A stretch of 57,935 nt of DNA, from the NCBI GenBank assembly GCA_964520655.1, contig CAZFNI010000002.1, positions 1 through 57,935 of the forward strand. Reading direction: 5' to 3'. Shown in pieces: positions 24,290 to 34,109 of this stretch (its first letter is position 1; each line of letters opens with the position of its first letter). Origin of the DNA: an uncultured Planctomycetales bacterium. GTDB lineage: Bacteria > Omnitrophota > Gorgyraeia > Zapsychrales > Fredricksoniimonadaceae. A program made the position numbers and the translations under genes. The notes under the pieces were generated by a model. It was not told the origin of the DNA. It ran no database searches and was given only the letters and a program-made list of their open reading frames with translations.

Positions 24290-26271
24290 ATCTTATCACG
24301 GTACTGTTCGACCATGCGCTGGGTATTAAAGAACGCCGCTCGATACACACAATTGATCATCTTGTCGATCCAAGCACTGCGGTTATCAATAATCCCGTTA
24401 TTATTAGTTTGATAATACAAGGTCATAACACTTTTTAAGGCCTGACACAGCGCTGCCGAATCCTCATCCAGCCGCAGCTGGCTTTCAGAACCGATCTCTG
24501 TGCCATGATGTTCGTATCCGAATATCCAGCCGATATTATCTTTCTCGGCTTCAACGACCCAACCATCAAGGGTCGAGAGTTGAACAACGCCATTTAAAAT
24601 AGCTTTCATCCCGCTTGTGCCCGATGCCTCAAAAGGAGGCAAAGGGTTGTTTAACCAAACATCAACAGAATTACTTAAAAGCTTGCCAAAATACGTATCA
24701 TAATTCTCCAGGATAAGCACCTTGACCACATCATAATGGGCATTTAATTGATCAATATGACTTAGAATGTCCTGAATATGCGCAGCCCCGATATTATCAT
24801 TGGGGTGTGCTTTGCCAGCTAAAATGATCTGAAGAGGGCCGATAGTCTTCGCCAACTGGAGCACCTCATCAATACGGTGGAATAACAGCGACGGCCGTTT
24901 ATAACCAGTAATGCGTCTGGCCCAACTGATCGTCAGCACATTCTCATTTAATTTCCAAGGCTTGACCACATCAAACAACGCGCGTTTGTTTTGTTGATGA
25001 GCATTGAAAATGTCTTGCCGAAAGGCCTGGTCATTGGATAATTTCAGGACCTGAGCCAGATTTACAGGATCAGCCCGCCAATCACCAAAAACATGATTAT
25101 ACTTATCAAACAATTGCCCAAAACTTTCTGAAAGCCATGTATGGACGTGGATGCCGTTGGTGATCGCATCAATATGGTCAGCAAAATCCGGGAATTGCAG
25201 GCGCATGATATCACCGTGTTTCTGGGCAACAGCATTGGTCCTGCGGCAATTATTCAGGCAAATATAGGTTAAATTCACATCATTGGATTTTTCTGTTTCC
25301 CTGCCATACTTCTCCATCACCCGGATATAGTCCTTATTGAATATATCGGCGAGGTCTTTTATTCCAAAACGATCGTGTCCAGCCGCAACTGGCGTATGGC
25401 AGGTATACACAAATTTCTTTTTCTCAACAGCCATAAGTTTAGGATCATTGATCTGCAGATCCCTCTCAACCAATGCAAATGCCGCGTGCCCCTCATTAAG
25501 ATGATATGTGGCGGGTTCAATACCCATGACATTCAGCGCTTTCATCCCCCCAATACCGAGAATGGACCTCTGAAAAATACGCCAGGAGACATGGTCGCTG
25601 CGGTATAACTGATCGGTTAATTGACGAAAATGTTCTGTGTTTTCCGGGACATTGGAATCAAGCAGGACCAGCGGACAAACATTGGCCTTATCGTAGCTGT
25701 ACACGTAATACTTCCATAGTCTTAAATGCAGATCACCATTATTCGTCGGAATAACCACCCGGTCTTTCAGAGGGATAAGCCCCGGGTAACTTAAAGGATC
25801 CCAACTCAATTCCTCAGGTACTTGACCATGCTTATACCAGAAATTCTGTTTAAAATACCCTTTATTCCACAGAATACCCAGTGCAACGACCGGCAGCCCT
25901 AGGTCAGCGATACTTTTGACCGTATCTCCCGCCAAGACCCCTAGCCCGCCGCTGTAAATAGGGATATCCAGCATCTTATTAATATTGATCTTAAAAACAT
26001 AGTCAGATAACCAGTAATTCGAAAAGACTTCATGTTTAAAGAACTGATTCTTTGGACTCATGCTGCGGTTAAGTTTAAGTGAATTATAAATACTGGGAGC
26101 AAGGCCGTATTCCATGGAGAAATAGGCCACAGATCCTGATTTTTTATTCAGCAGCTTTTCTTCGGCTTTGAGAATAGGGTCAATGGGAAAACCAAAATAC
26201 GTCTGCGCATTGATATCTTGGGCGTAATGATTAAAATTCTCGATCTTGTGGATGAATTGTTCGTAGGTCAT
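24277..26271 (-). CDS. glgP: Alpha-glucan (glycogen/maltodextrin) phosphorylase, GT35
   Basis: 664 aa. Has [34 protein letters not shown] and EASGTSGMK (PLP-Lys block). Confidence 0.85.
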   Translation of the reverse strand: MTYEQFIHKIENFNHYAQDINAQTYFGFPIDPILKAEEKLLNKKSGSVAYFSMEYGLAPSIYNSLKLNRSMSPKNQFFKHEVFSNYWLSDYVFKININKMLDIPIYSGGLGVLAGDTVKSIADLGLPVVALGILWNKGYFKQNFWYKHGQVPEELSWDPLSYPGLIPLKDRVVIPTNNGDLHLRLWKYYVYSYDKANVCPLVLLDSNVPENTEHFRQLTDQLYRSDHVSWRIFQRSILGIGGMKALNVMGIEPATYHLNEGHAAFALVERDLQINDPKLMAVEKKKFVYTCHTPVAAGHDRFGIKDLADIFNKDYIRVMEKYGRETEKSNDVNLTYICLNNCRRTNAVAQKHGDIMRLQFPDFADHIDAITNGIHVHTWLSESFGQLFDKYNHVFGDWRADPVNLAQVLKLSNDQAFRQDIFNAHQQNKRALFDVVKPWKLNENVLTISWARRITGYKRPSLLFHRIDEVLQLAKTIGPLQIILAGKAHPNDNIGAAHIQDILSHIDQLNAHYDVVKVLILENYDTYFGKLLSNSVDVWLNNPLPPFEASGTSGMKAILNGVVQLSTLDGWVVEAEKDNIGWIFGYEHHGTEIGSESQLRLDEDSAALCQALKSVMTLYYQTNNNGIIDNRSAWIDKMINCVYRAAFFNTQRMVEQYRDKMWRT

Positions 26272-26304
26272 TTGAGTTTTTATTATAACAAAAGGGATAT
26301 TATT

Positions 26305-27849
26305 TCAAAATCCTAAATCGTAAATAAATATATTCCCCTTATTATTGGCATTCCTTAAGAAACGGATCGATATCAACAAGTCCTGATTATGATCAAGGAC
26401 AAAACGTTCCAGCATGACGCTGTTCAAATGAGGAACAACCGCCAGAAGAGGCGCTTGGGTACGCAGTCGCGCGATAAAATCCAACTCGGATAGGCTAAAC
26501 CGCTTAGTGTCTTGCGTCCAAGATATATACAATTGAGGGTCAATGAGCAAATAGCGATAACCATCTTTGACAAGCATCGCCGTTTCTTCAAGGGTTTTCG
26601 GCATTGCGGTGATATCCAATTCTTGAGGGACAAACAATTTCTCAACGACTGGCTGGGTAGCAATGATCTTAGCATTGGCGTCACGGGATTTGACCCATTG
26701 CAGCGCGCGTTCATAAGCTGTATTACTAAAAACGATCCCCGAAAGGGAAAAATAGAACCCTCCCAGCATCAATACCAATACGACAACGAACATTTTCAAG
26801 CTGCGCTTATAAATATGATCCGCCACCGCCGCAACCGTCATTGCCGCGAACGGCAGGACCGCGCATAAATATCGAGCCCCCTTTTCAGCCGCAAAAGAAA
26901 ACAGGAACATTTGAAGCAGGACGATCAACAATGGCAGAGGTCCGTATTCTTTCTTCTGCCAGCACACATAAAAACCAAAAAAGAACAAAACGCCGAATAT
27001 GACATTCTCCAACTTGAATAAATAATACGGGAACGAAAGGAAATTGTACCATTGACGATACCCCATCGACTCCCCTGCCTGATTTAACATCCACGCGGCA
27101 TTGACCTTAAGATTGATGCCGTTCTCAAGTATCCCCAATATGACAAAGCCGCATAGATAGACCACCCCAAAGATCACGATCCTTTTAAGATCAAAATGTC
27201 TTTTACCAGCCCAAGCTTCCAGCGCTTCCATCAACAAAAGGAACACCGGTGCAACCACCATCCTATAATTAGTGAGAAATACCAAAAACAAGAACAACGC
27301 CGATAGGATCGCTGATAAATTCGGTCTGTTCTTAATTGATAAAAAGCAATATAGACCAAGCAAGAACAACAAGCCGCTTAATGATTCCTGCATCCCCAAC
27401 CGCGAATAAAACACGTGACTTGGCAGCAATAATAAAATAACAGCACTCAACACGCCTAGATTAACAGACTTGAAATATTGTTTTGCCCAATAATATGTTA
27501 GAACCACGGTACCTATCCCACAGGACGCCGACAGAATACGGGCATAATAATAACCTTCAGCGCCACTCACAAACACTCGCAAGTTAACCAGAAAAAACCA
27601 TAAAGCCTTTGGCGTCGCTAATGCCGCTTTCCACATTAACCCAATGATGATCCACAGGTCGTTAAGATTCTGCGGTGGATTATTAGCGACCAAATTCAAA
27701 AAGGCACGGTTATACCCCAAATACATGCCCTCATCATAAAAAAGGAGATCATTGCTGGTGATCCGGTATAAACGGAAAAATAATGCGCTTATCCCCAGGA
27801 AAAGCAAAACCCAGTTAACGGTAGATCTGGAAAAGTAAAGTATTCTCAT
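26305..27849 (-). CDS. GT-C-fold membrane glycosyltransferase (ArnT/PMT-like, GT39/83-type)
   Basis: 514 aa with more than 10 TM helices. An acidic first-loop motif (FYDEGMY) is followed by a soluble C-terminal domain, the architecture typical of polyprenyl-phosphate-sugar-dependent GT-C enzymes. Confidence 0.5.
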   Translation of the reverse strand: MRILYFSRSTVNWVLLFLGISALFFRLYRITSNDLLFYDEGMYLGYNRAFLNLVANNPPQNLNDLWIIIGLMWKAALATPKALWFFLVNLRVFVSGAEGYYYARILSASCGIGTVVLTYYWAKQYFKSVNLGVLSAVILLLLPSHVFYSRLGMQESLSGLLFLLGLYCFLSIKNRPNLSAILSALFLFLVFLTNYRMVVAPVFLLLMEALEAWAGKRHFDLKRIVIFGVVYLCGFVILGILENGINLKVNAAWMLNQAGESMGYRQWYNFLSFPYYLFKLENVIFGVLFFFGFYVCWQKKEYGPLPLLIVLLQMFLFSFAAEKGARYLCAVLPFAAMTVAAVADHIYKRSLKMFVVVLVLMLGGFYFSLSGIVFSNTAYERALQWVKSRDANAKIIATQPVVEKLFVPQELDITAMPKTLEETAMLVKDGYRYLLIDPQLYISWTQDTKRFSLSELDFIARLRTQAPLLAVVPHLNSVMLERFVLDHNQDLLISIRFLRNANNKGNIFIYDLGF

Positions 27850-28735
27850 CCCAATGATGAAGCTCCTCTATATCGACCATTCGTTGCCAACCATTTTTCC
27901 CTTGAAAGAACTTGGCATTTCCCATGTCTGTCTTTGCCGTGGACACATCCCCGATCTCATTTGACAGCATCGCTTTCAATTCACACGCTTTGGCGTAGTT
28001 AGGCGCAATGGTCAATGCCCTGATGATAAAACCAAGCGATTCTTTGACATATCCGTTTTTATAGGCCCCCAGCGATGCGTAATAAAATATCTCCGGATCA
28101 TCCGGAAAAATCTTAATGGCTGCTGCCGCATAGCCTAAAAGCTCTTCATAGGACTTTAAAAACGTTAAACTTTCCAGCAAATGCACATATGCCATTTGCT
28201 GGTCCCACGGCACACGATTTTGATAATAATACTCAAACATCATTTGTGAACGGTATTTTGCAGAAATATGCAGTTGATCCAACAACTCTTCTTTATTTTT
28301 GGGCAGCAGAAATATCGATTTTCTAAACATGTCAACAGCCTTTAAATGATCCCCTTGTGACTGAGCAATCAGCCCCCGATCAAAATAAAATGCATACATT
28401 TTCTGGTCCATCTGGATCGCTTTATCATAATTCCTTATTGCTCCAGATATGTTTTTTAAATAATGATCACAGAAGCCAAGGTTGGCATGCATCGCTGCCG
28501 TCGAAAACTTCCCTGAGATCAGTGTTTGATAGTAAGCCTTTGCCCTCTTGAATTCATTCACATCGAACGGCTTCGTCCGGTAAGAAAAGAAATGGAGATA
28601 ATCGGCGCTTGGCCGCGACGTATTAAGCACATCATCCGCGACTTGATTGCGGTCAAAAAAGAAGAACAAGAGCACGAACATCAATGCGTAAACGACCCAG
28701 CCTCTGTTAAACAATGAAAATACCCATTGCCACAT
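27815..28735 (-). CDS. Membrane-anchored TPR-repeat protein
   Basis: An N-terminal TM helix is followed by several 34-aa TPR-like repeats (A..Y...I......A..NLG, Y.KAI..D...). Confidence 0.6.
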   Translation of the reverse strand: MWQWVFSLFNRGWVVYALMFVLLFFFFDRNQVADDVLNTSRPSADYLHFFSYRTKPFDVNEFKRAKAYYQTLISGKFSTAAMHANLGFCDHYLKNISGAIRNYDKAIQMDQKMYAFYFDRGLIAQSQGDHLKAVDMFRKSIFLLPKNKEELLDQLHISAKYRSQMMFEYYYQNRVPWDQQMAYVHLLESLTFLKSYEELLGYAAAAIKIFPDDPEIFYYASLGAYKNGYVKESLGFIIRALTIAPNYAKACELKAMLSNEIGDVSTAKTDMGNAKFFQGKNGWQRMVDIEELHHWDENTLLFQIYR

Positions 28736-28738
28736 AAC

Positions 28739-30733
28739 TTAGACCCGCTTCCTGAATGATAAATAAACACAGAACGCAAAGAACACATAAAAGAATAACA
28801 ACACACCTAAATAAAGAGCGTTCCCTCCCGGTGGATCAAACTCAAAACGCACATGTGATGTCCCCGCAGGCAAAACAACACCTTTAAAAGCAAAATTAAC
28901 TCGCTGCAATTTCACCGGTCGATCATTTACAAAAACCTTCCAATAGGGGTGATAACTGTCGTTATAGACAAAAAACATACCCCTGGGGTTCCGCATTGTA
29001 AAATGAAGCTGATTGGCATTGAATCGATCAATGACCAGACCATCAGAAGCCCCTGAAATAAAACGCCCTGGAGGTGAAACCTCTGACCAATGCACAAAGT
29101 CCTCCGGACTAAAAAATGATGGGGGTTGATATGGGGCCTCATAGAGTACGAATTTATGCTGCACATACGCTGTCAACTGGGGCACATTCATCGATAAGGC
29201 CGCCAATTGCTTTGACCACACGGTAGGATAACCATAACTAAAGGTGATGAAACGATCCGCATCCTTCATCGCGATCATATGCCAGTTATAAAGTCGGTAC
29301 ACATCATTAGGCTTTAATCCATCACTGACAGAAACTGGTCTGACAAATGAAAACACCGGTTTTTCTAAAGGCAAGGACACCGATCTTTGGATCAGATCAG
29401 AATGTTCCATTAACGCGAATTTTTGCGCATGCGCGGACAATACCGGCCATGCTGCGAACATGGTCATCATAATGATGGCCGCTTTGATCCCAGTTTTTGC
29501 TGTCGAATAACGGTCAAATATCCGAAGAATAAATCCTTTTGATGCTTCAAGGGCCAACGCAATATACGCAACATAAATGAACGGGATCAGAATGAATAGG
29601 TTCCGGAACATCTTAAAAAAGAAAATATGATCATAGAGAAAATGATAAAATCCGGACAGTCTGGTTATTGCGATCAGGAATAACGTAAAACTTACCGCCC
29701 CCCACAGCAGAAAATGCCTGTTAAGCTTAGCCAGAACCCCCGCCATCACACATAAATGCGCTACGATCGGCAAATAAAATATCCTTTGATTATCGAAGGA
29801 AATGGTGTCCAACGTAAAAATAGATTTGGCATGTTCCAAGATCGGCATCTTTAACATTTGGATCAATACCGAAAAGAGGGAATTATCCCTGAGGATATCG
29901 GATATCAAGACCCCTGAATCCTTGATAGAATCGTAACTCACATCTGTCGGCCTGGCTAACACGATAAAATTAGATTTCAAAAAAAGCCAGTTGAGGAAAC
30001 TAACGCCGACCCCAGCCCCGATCGAACAAAGGGCCAGCATGAACACAAATGGTTTTGTGCAAACAAAAAATTTGATCGCTGTGAACATATTCCAGCACAC
30101 TCGCGGGAAAATGATCACGCCAAACACCAGTAGAACCCCCATCACGATCAAAAAATAAAACGGTATATAAGTCGTTGTGATCAACATGAGGCAGAATGTC
30201 ATGCACAACACACTGGGAACACTGCGAGAAACATAAAAATCTCCCAGAAATTTCAGGAACCATACAACAGGCACGAACAACAGAACGATCGTGACCTGGG
30301 TAAAAACGATCATGGGGAACCCAGAGAACAGAAAGAACAAATAACCCAGATAGGCCAGGAAACGGTCTTTGAATATCAAGAGCAGCAGATAATAAACACC
30401 TATCACGCCAGCAAACATGTATAAGATCACTGTCCACAGAAAGGAATGATAGAAACTAACACCAAGGCCGTTTAACACATATGTGAAAAGCCACATCGGG
30501 TTATATTCACCCACCTGGCAGATATGCCCCATGCCCCAATGAATGAAAGGATTCCAGTGCGCAAAAATACCGGTTTTAAGGTTTGCCAGGAAATATTTTA
30601 CAACGGCATAAACAGCAAAAGTATCCTCGCTGACATTGAGAGCACCAAATAAAAGTCCGCGATAAATACAGCACCACACAACGATCGGCAAGATGAATTT
30701 GAGGGAATTTTTAAGGCTTGTGGATAAGGCCAT
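28739..30733 (-). CDS. YfhO-like GT-C membrane glycosyltransferase
   Basis: 664 aa, polytopic. The C-terminal block YHPYWKVFVNDRPVKLQRVNFAFKGVVLPAGTSHVRFEF, followed by a terminal TM helix, is typical of the YfhO family. Confidence 0.55.
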   Translation of the reverse strand: MALSTSLKNSLKFILPIVVWCCIYRGLLFGALNVSEDTFAVYAVVKYFLANLKTGIFAHWNPFIHWGMGHICQVGEYNPMWLFTYVLNGLGVSFYHSFLWTVILYMFAGVIGVYYLLLLIFKDRFLAYLGYLFFLFSGFPMIVFTQVTIVLLFVPVVWFLKFLGDFYVSRSVPSVLCMTFCLMLITTTYIPFYFLIVMGVLLVFGVIIFPRVCWNMFTAIKFFVCTKPFVFMLALCSIGAGVGVSFLNWLFLKSNFIVLARPTDVSYDSIKDSGVLISDILRDNSLFSVLIQMLKMPILEHAKSIFTLDTISFDNQRIFYLPIVAHLCVMAGVLAKLNRHFLLWGAVSFTLFLIAITRLSGFYHFLYDHIFFFKMFRNLFILIPFIYVAYIALALEASKGFILRIFDRYSTAKTGIKAAIIMMTMFAAWPVLSAHAQKFALMEHSDLIQRSVSLPLEKPVFSFVRPVSVSDGLKPNDVYRLYNWHMIAMKDADRFITFSYGYPTVWSKQLAALSMNVPQLTAYVQHKFVLYEAPYQPPSFFSPEDFVHWSEVSPPGRFISGASDGLVIDRFNANQLHFTMRNPRGMFFVYNDSYHPYWKVFVNDRPVKLQRVNFAFKGVVLPAGTSHVRFEFDPPGGNALYLGVLLFFYVFFAFCVYLSFRKRV

Positions 30734-31217
30734 GTAGATGCCCAGCTAAAAAGTCCAGGATAAAAAAAACATTGTGGGTTTTCCCCAGCACATATTTACC
30801 ATTTTCCAGCCTGATATCCCCGGAACCCTGAAGTCTCTTTAATCTGTTATCCAAGATGACCCGTTCATTATATTGGTCAAGGATCTCCTCGCGTGTTTTG
30901 CCCTGGACTGCGGTGGAAATCTCCCTGATCAGTCTCATGCGGATCGATGTCTCAAAAGGTCCAAAAATACATAGGATATAGACAAAAGCACTTAATCCGT
31001 AAATCCCTAAAGACATAATTAACGGGAAAAAAGTCAATTTGAATATAAGCAATGTCACGAGAATAAGAAATACCGCGGCCCCTGCGAATGTGGCAATGAT
31101 CCCTTGAAATAGCTTCTCATCTTTCAGGCGCCGAAAGGTAATAAAATGCGCAGCCAAAAAAATTAAGAAAGATAAAACCGAGGATAAAACGATCGCGATA
31201 TCTGTATTGGATGCCAT
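30711..31217 (-). CDS. Hypothetical membrane protein with a C-terminal ~55-aa soluble module (paralogue B)
   Basis: I prefer the ATG at 31217 (MASNTDIAIV...), which overlaps the upstream TAA by 1 nt (TAATG). It has three to four TM helices, then KTREEILDQYNERVILDNRLKRLQGSGDIRLENGKYVL. Confidence 0.45.
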   Translation of the reverse strand: MASNTDIAIVLSSVLSFLIFLAAHFITFRRLKDEKLFQGIIATFAGAAVFLILVTLLIFKLTFFPLIMSLGIYGLSAFVYILCIFGPFETSIRMRLIREISTAVQGKTREEILDQYNERVILDNRLKRLQGSGDIRLENGKYVLGKTHNVFFILDFLAGHLHGLIHKP

Positions 31218-31696
31218 TAGCCACCCACCCCTCGTCCTAAGATCTTTCCAAAGATCTCTAGAAATGATGCCAGTGTCGCCCCTGAAGGCGTCAAAGCATA
31301 ACGATCTCTCAATGTCCTGACGCATCCGCTCTCAACCAACTCATCCAAACGAGATCCAACCAGATTCTCCTTCTTAAGAAAACTCAATAATTCTTCATAA
31401 GTCAACCCTGACGATTGAGATAATGATTTAAGGATCTTTTTAGAGGGACTGACCAATTCTGTCGTGACATACACGATCAAATACATTGGGAGAAGCAAAA
31501 CGTAGAATAATACTGATGTCCACAACAGAGGCAGAGACAACACCACCCCTAACAAGATCAGCAGGAGAAGTCCACCGCCGCTGATCTGCATGAACAACTT
31601 CCCTTTGAGGTTCTTAACAGGACTCATATAACAAAACAGGACATGGAGGAGCGCCGCCATAATAAATATCAAAAATGAAAGAATGATGGTGATCAT
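31217..31696 (-). CDS. Hypothetical membrane protein with a C-terminal ~55-aa soluble module (paralogue A)
   Basis: 159 aa. It has three to four TM helices, then LTYEELLSFLKKENLVGSRLDELVESGCVRTLRDRYAL, which aligns with the neighbouring ORF (shared RL..L..SG.(V/I)R....Y.L). Confidence 0.45.
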   Translation of the reverse strand: MITIILSFLIFIMAALLHVLFCYMSPVKNLKGKLFMQISGGGLLLLILLGVVLSLPLLWTSVLFYVLLLPMYLIVYVTTELVSPSKKILKSLSQSSGLTYEELLSFLKKENLVGSRLDELVESGCVRTLRDRYALTPSGATLASFLEIFGKILGRGVGG

Positions 31697-31706
31697 ATCG
31701 GATCAG

Positions 31707-32423
31707 CTATTTTGAAGGCCAATAAATATCCCTTGTCAGAACAACAATGGTTGTGATAACAGCTTTAATGCTTTTAAAATTCAACGCTTTTGATCTATCG
31801 TGTTTGCGCCCGATGTGTTCAAAATAGATCGTCTTATAGCTTCGACCTGCCCTTAATAAACGGATAATGCATTCAGCCAACGCTGCCAATCCTGTGGATT
31901 TGATCGGAATGGATTGCAGCAAGTCTCGACGGCAAATGAAAGCGCCATTGTAATATTTCAACTTTAGGCCAAATATAATGTTCATTAAGCCAACGAACAT
32001 CCAGGACAAGAATCGTCTTAAATATGAACGGCGATCCGTTTTTCTCATGTAAGAAATGACAATGTCCGCCTGGCCTCTGGCAAGAACCAGGTCTTTTAAC
32101 GACTGTGCAGCCATGTCATTGTCGCCGGGAAAGACCGTAACAAAATCTTTGGTCGTCATCTTAACGCCCCGCGCGAAGGAATAACCAAAACCCTGATTGC
32201 TGGCATTGACGGCCACGCGGATATTAGGGTTCGCTTCGGCCTTGATCCTGGCGAACTCACCTGTCTTATCAGGACTCCCGTCGTCAACAACAATGATCTC
32301 ATAATCAGCAACGACAGAAGAAACAGCAGCTACCGCATTCTCGATAGCCGCCTCAATATTCTCTTCTTCTCGAAAAGCCGGAATGACAACACTAACGCTC
32401 TTATTGGAATGATCAATGGACAT
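31707..32423 (-). CDS. GT2 polyprenyl-phosphate glycosyltransferase (GtrB/CsbB/DPM1-like)
   Basis: 238 aa. Has VSVVIPAFREEENI and EIIVVDDGSPDKTGE (DxD region). The size and lack of a TM-rich C-terminus are typical of this subgroup. Confidence 0.8.
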   Translation of the reverse strand: MSIDHSNKSVSVVIPAFREEENIEAAIENAVAAVSSVVADYEIIVVDDGSPDKTGEFARIKAEANPNIRVAVNASNQGFGYSFARGVKMTTKDFVTVFPGDNDMAAQSLKDLVLARGQADIVISYMRKTDRRSYLRRFLSWMFVGLMNIIFGLKLKYYNGAFICRRDLLQSIPIKSTGLAALAECIIRLLRAGRSYKTIYFEHIGRKHDRSKALNFKSIKAVITTIVVLTRDIYWPSK

Positions 32424-33456
32424 TGTTCGTTCTTAAAATTATGCGCCCTGCCTCACCTTGTGCCAGGACAGCGAATGCTTGGTTAATTGCTTCAAGATCG
32501 AATCGGTGAGTGATCATCTTGTCGAAAGAAAGCCTGCCGGAAGAAAAATCCCGGACATATTTAGGGATATCCCGGTCCGGAAGGGATTCTCCGCCCCATG
32601 TTCCTACGATCCGTTTTCCTTTGATCAGATCAAATGGATGCAAAGAGATCTTTTCATCTTTGCTTAAATTACCAGCAATGACGCAAATACCGCTTTTTTC
32701 CTTTACTGAAGCGAATGCATTTTCCATCGCCTGCTTATTACCTGAAGCATCTACGGCATAATCCAGCCCTTGGGGAGTTATCTTAGCGATCTCCTCCAAT
32801 AGATCAGGAGATTTTGCATTCAAGGTATGCGTCGCCCCCAGATGCTTGGCAAAATCCAGTTTTTTCTGTTCAATATCGATCGCAATAATCGTCTGACATC
32901 CTCTACGCTTCGCCCCCAGAACGACACTTAGACCAATCCCGCCGACACCAAAAACCGCGACTGAAGAACCTTTCTGAGCCATCAATGTATTGCCCATGAT
33001 CCCGCATCCCGTCAGGATCGCGCACCCTAAGATCGACGCGACATCAGGACTAATGGACTTGGGGATCTTCGTCACCCGGTTCTCAGACACTATGGTCACA
33101 TCGGCAAAGGTTGTCACACCGCCGGCGTTGATCGTTTGGCCGTTTAGCTTATATTGACTATTGATCCCGTCTAAGCCTTCACCCTTGATCCAGGACAGGC
33201 AGACATAATCATCCTTTTTGACCTTGGTCACACCAGGCCCAATGTCGATCACGATCCCTGATGCTTCATGGCCGAGTAAATGCGGCAAGAATTTATCCGG
33301 GCCTTTAAGCCCGATCATTTCGTTATACTGTGCGCGGCAAATGCCTGTATATAAGACAGACACCAACACCTGCCCCCTTTTTAATGCGGGGACCTCAACA
33401 TCGTCGAGAACAAGGGGTTTATGTAATTCCCAAAGGATAGCGGCTCGTGTCTTCAT
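32413..33456 (-). CDS. Zinc-dependent medium-chain alcohol dehydrogenase
   Basis: Has GICRAQ...LGHEASGIV (catalytic Zn ligands) and GVGGIGLSV (NAD fold). The start at 33456 (MKTRAAIL) abuts the upstream stop. Confidence 0.85.
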   Translation of the reverse strand: MKTRAAILWELHKPLVLDDVEVPALKRGQVLVSVLYTGICRAQYNEMIGLKGPDKFLPHLLGHEASGIVIDIGPGVTKVKKDDYVCLSWIKGEGLDGINSQYKLNGQTINAGGVTTFADVTIVSENRVTKIPKSISPDVASILGCAILTGCGIMGNTLMAQKGSSVAVFGVGGIGLSVVLGAKRRGCQTIIAIDIEQKKLDFAKHLGATHTLNAKSPDLLEEIAKITPQGLDYAVDASGNKQAMENAFASVKEKSGICVIAGNLSKDEKISLHPFDLIKGKRIVGTWGGESLPDRDIPKYVRDFSSGRLSFDKMITHRFDLEAINQAFAVLAQGEAGRIILRTNNVH

Positions 33457-34109
33457 GGAATAAACCAATAAAAATCACCGGTATAACCAACTTCCTGAAA
33501 GAGCCTCTTCCAGGCATCGACATGCATATATGTCAAGGCAGTCAGGTTCCAGGCATCCATGCGTTCTTTTTCCTCCGGGGTACGATACGCATCCATAGTG
33601 ATAAAGGAACCTTTGCGGGCAATACGCTGGATCTCACGTAAGGATTGTTTGCATTCTTCAAGAGGCAAATTATGGACTGTGTTGATCGAGATCACCACAT
33701 CAAAACTTTTATCAGGAAAAGGCAGTTTCTTGGCATCCCCCTGGCGGACAAATGGCTTGACCTGTTCTAGTGTATGATCAATGGCATATTGGGAAATATC
33801 AATGCCAGCAACCTTGATCCCTGGGACAGCCAGCATAAGGTCGTAAAGCATGAACCCTTTGCCGCTGCCGACATCCAGTACGGAACTATTCTTTGTTAAA
33901 CCAAAATGTTCAATGAACGTAGGCATGACCGGCTGCCAGAACCGCGCATTATAATTATAACCGCCATAGCCAAATCGGCGGTCACCGTCGAAATACTCCT
34001 GACCAAATTGACGGCCGATGCGGCGGTCCTCTTCTGTTTTCTCCTGTCCGCGTTCGTGGACATTGCGTTTTGTTTTTGGGTAGTTGACAAGAAGGTCGAT
34101 CTCAGCCAT
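33453..34109 (-). CDS. Class I SAM-dependent methyltransferase
   Basis: Has VLDVGSGKGFM (motif I) and FDVVISINTVHNL. Confidence 0.8.
   Translation of the reverse strand: MAEIDLLVNYPKTKRNVHERGQEKTEEDRRIGRQFGQEYFDGDRRFGYGGYNYNARFWQPVMPTFIEHFGLTKNSSVLDVGSGKGFMLYDLMLAVPGIKVAGIDISQYAIDHTLEQVKPFVRQGDAKKLPFPDKSFDVVISINTVHNLPLEECKQSLREIQRIARKGSFITMDAYRTPEEKERMDAWNLTALTYMHVDAWKRLFQEVGYTGDFYWFIP

Noticed and set aside
30000-30437. Same-strand alternative-frame ORFs nested in larger genes. Examples are 30000-30437 in the YfhO-like gene, 26424-26714 and 26885-27094 in the GT39-like gene, 3735-3926, 12021-12242 and 36197-36481.
   Set aside because: They have no motifs and an Arg/Cys/Ser-rich composition typical of out-of-frame translation. 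The host frames encode coherent polytopic or enzymatic proteins.
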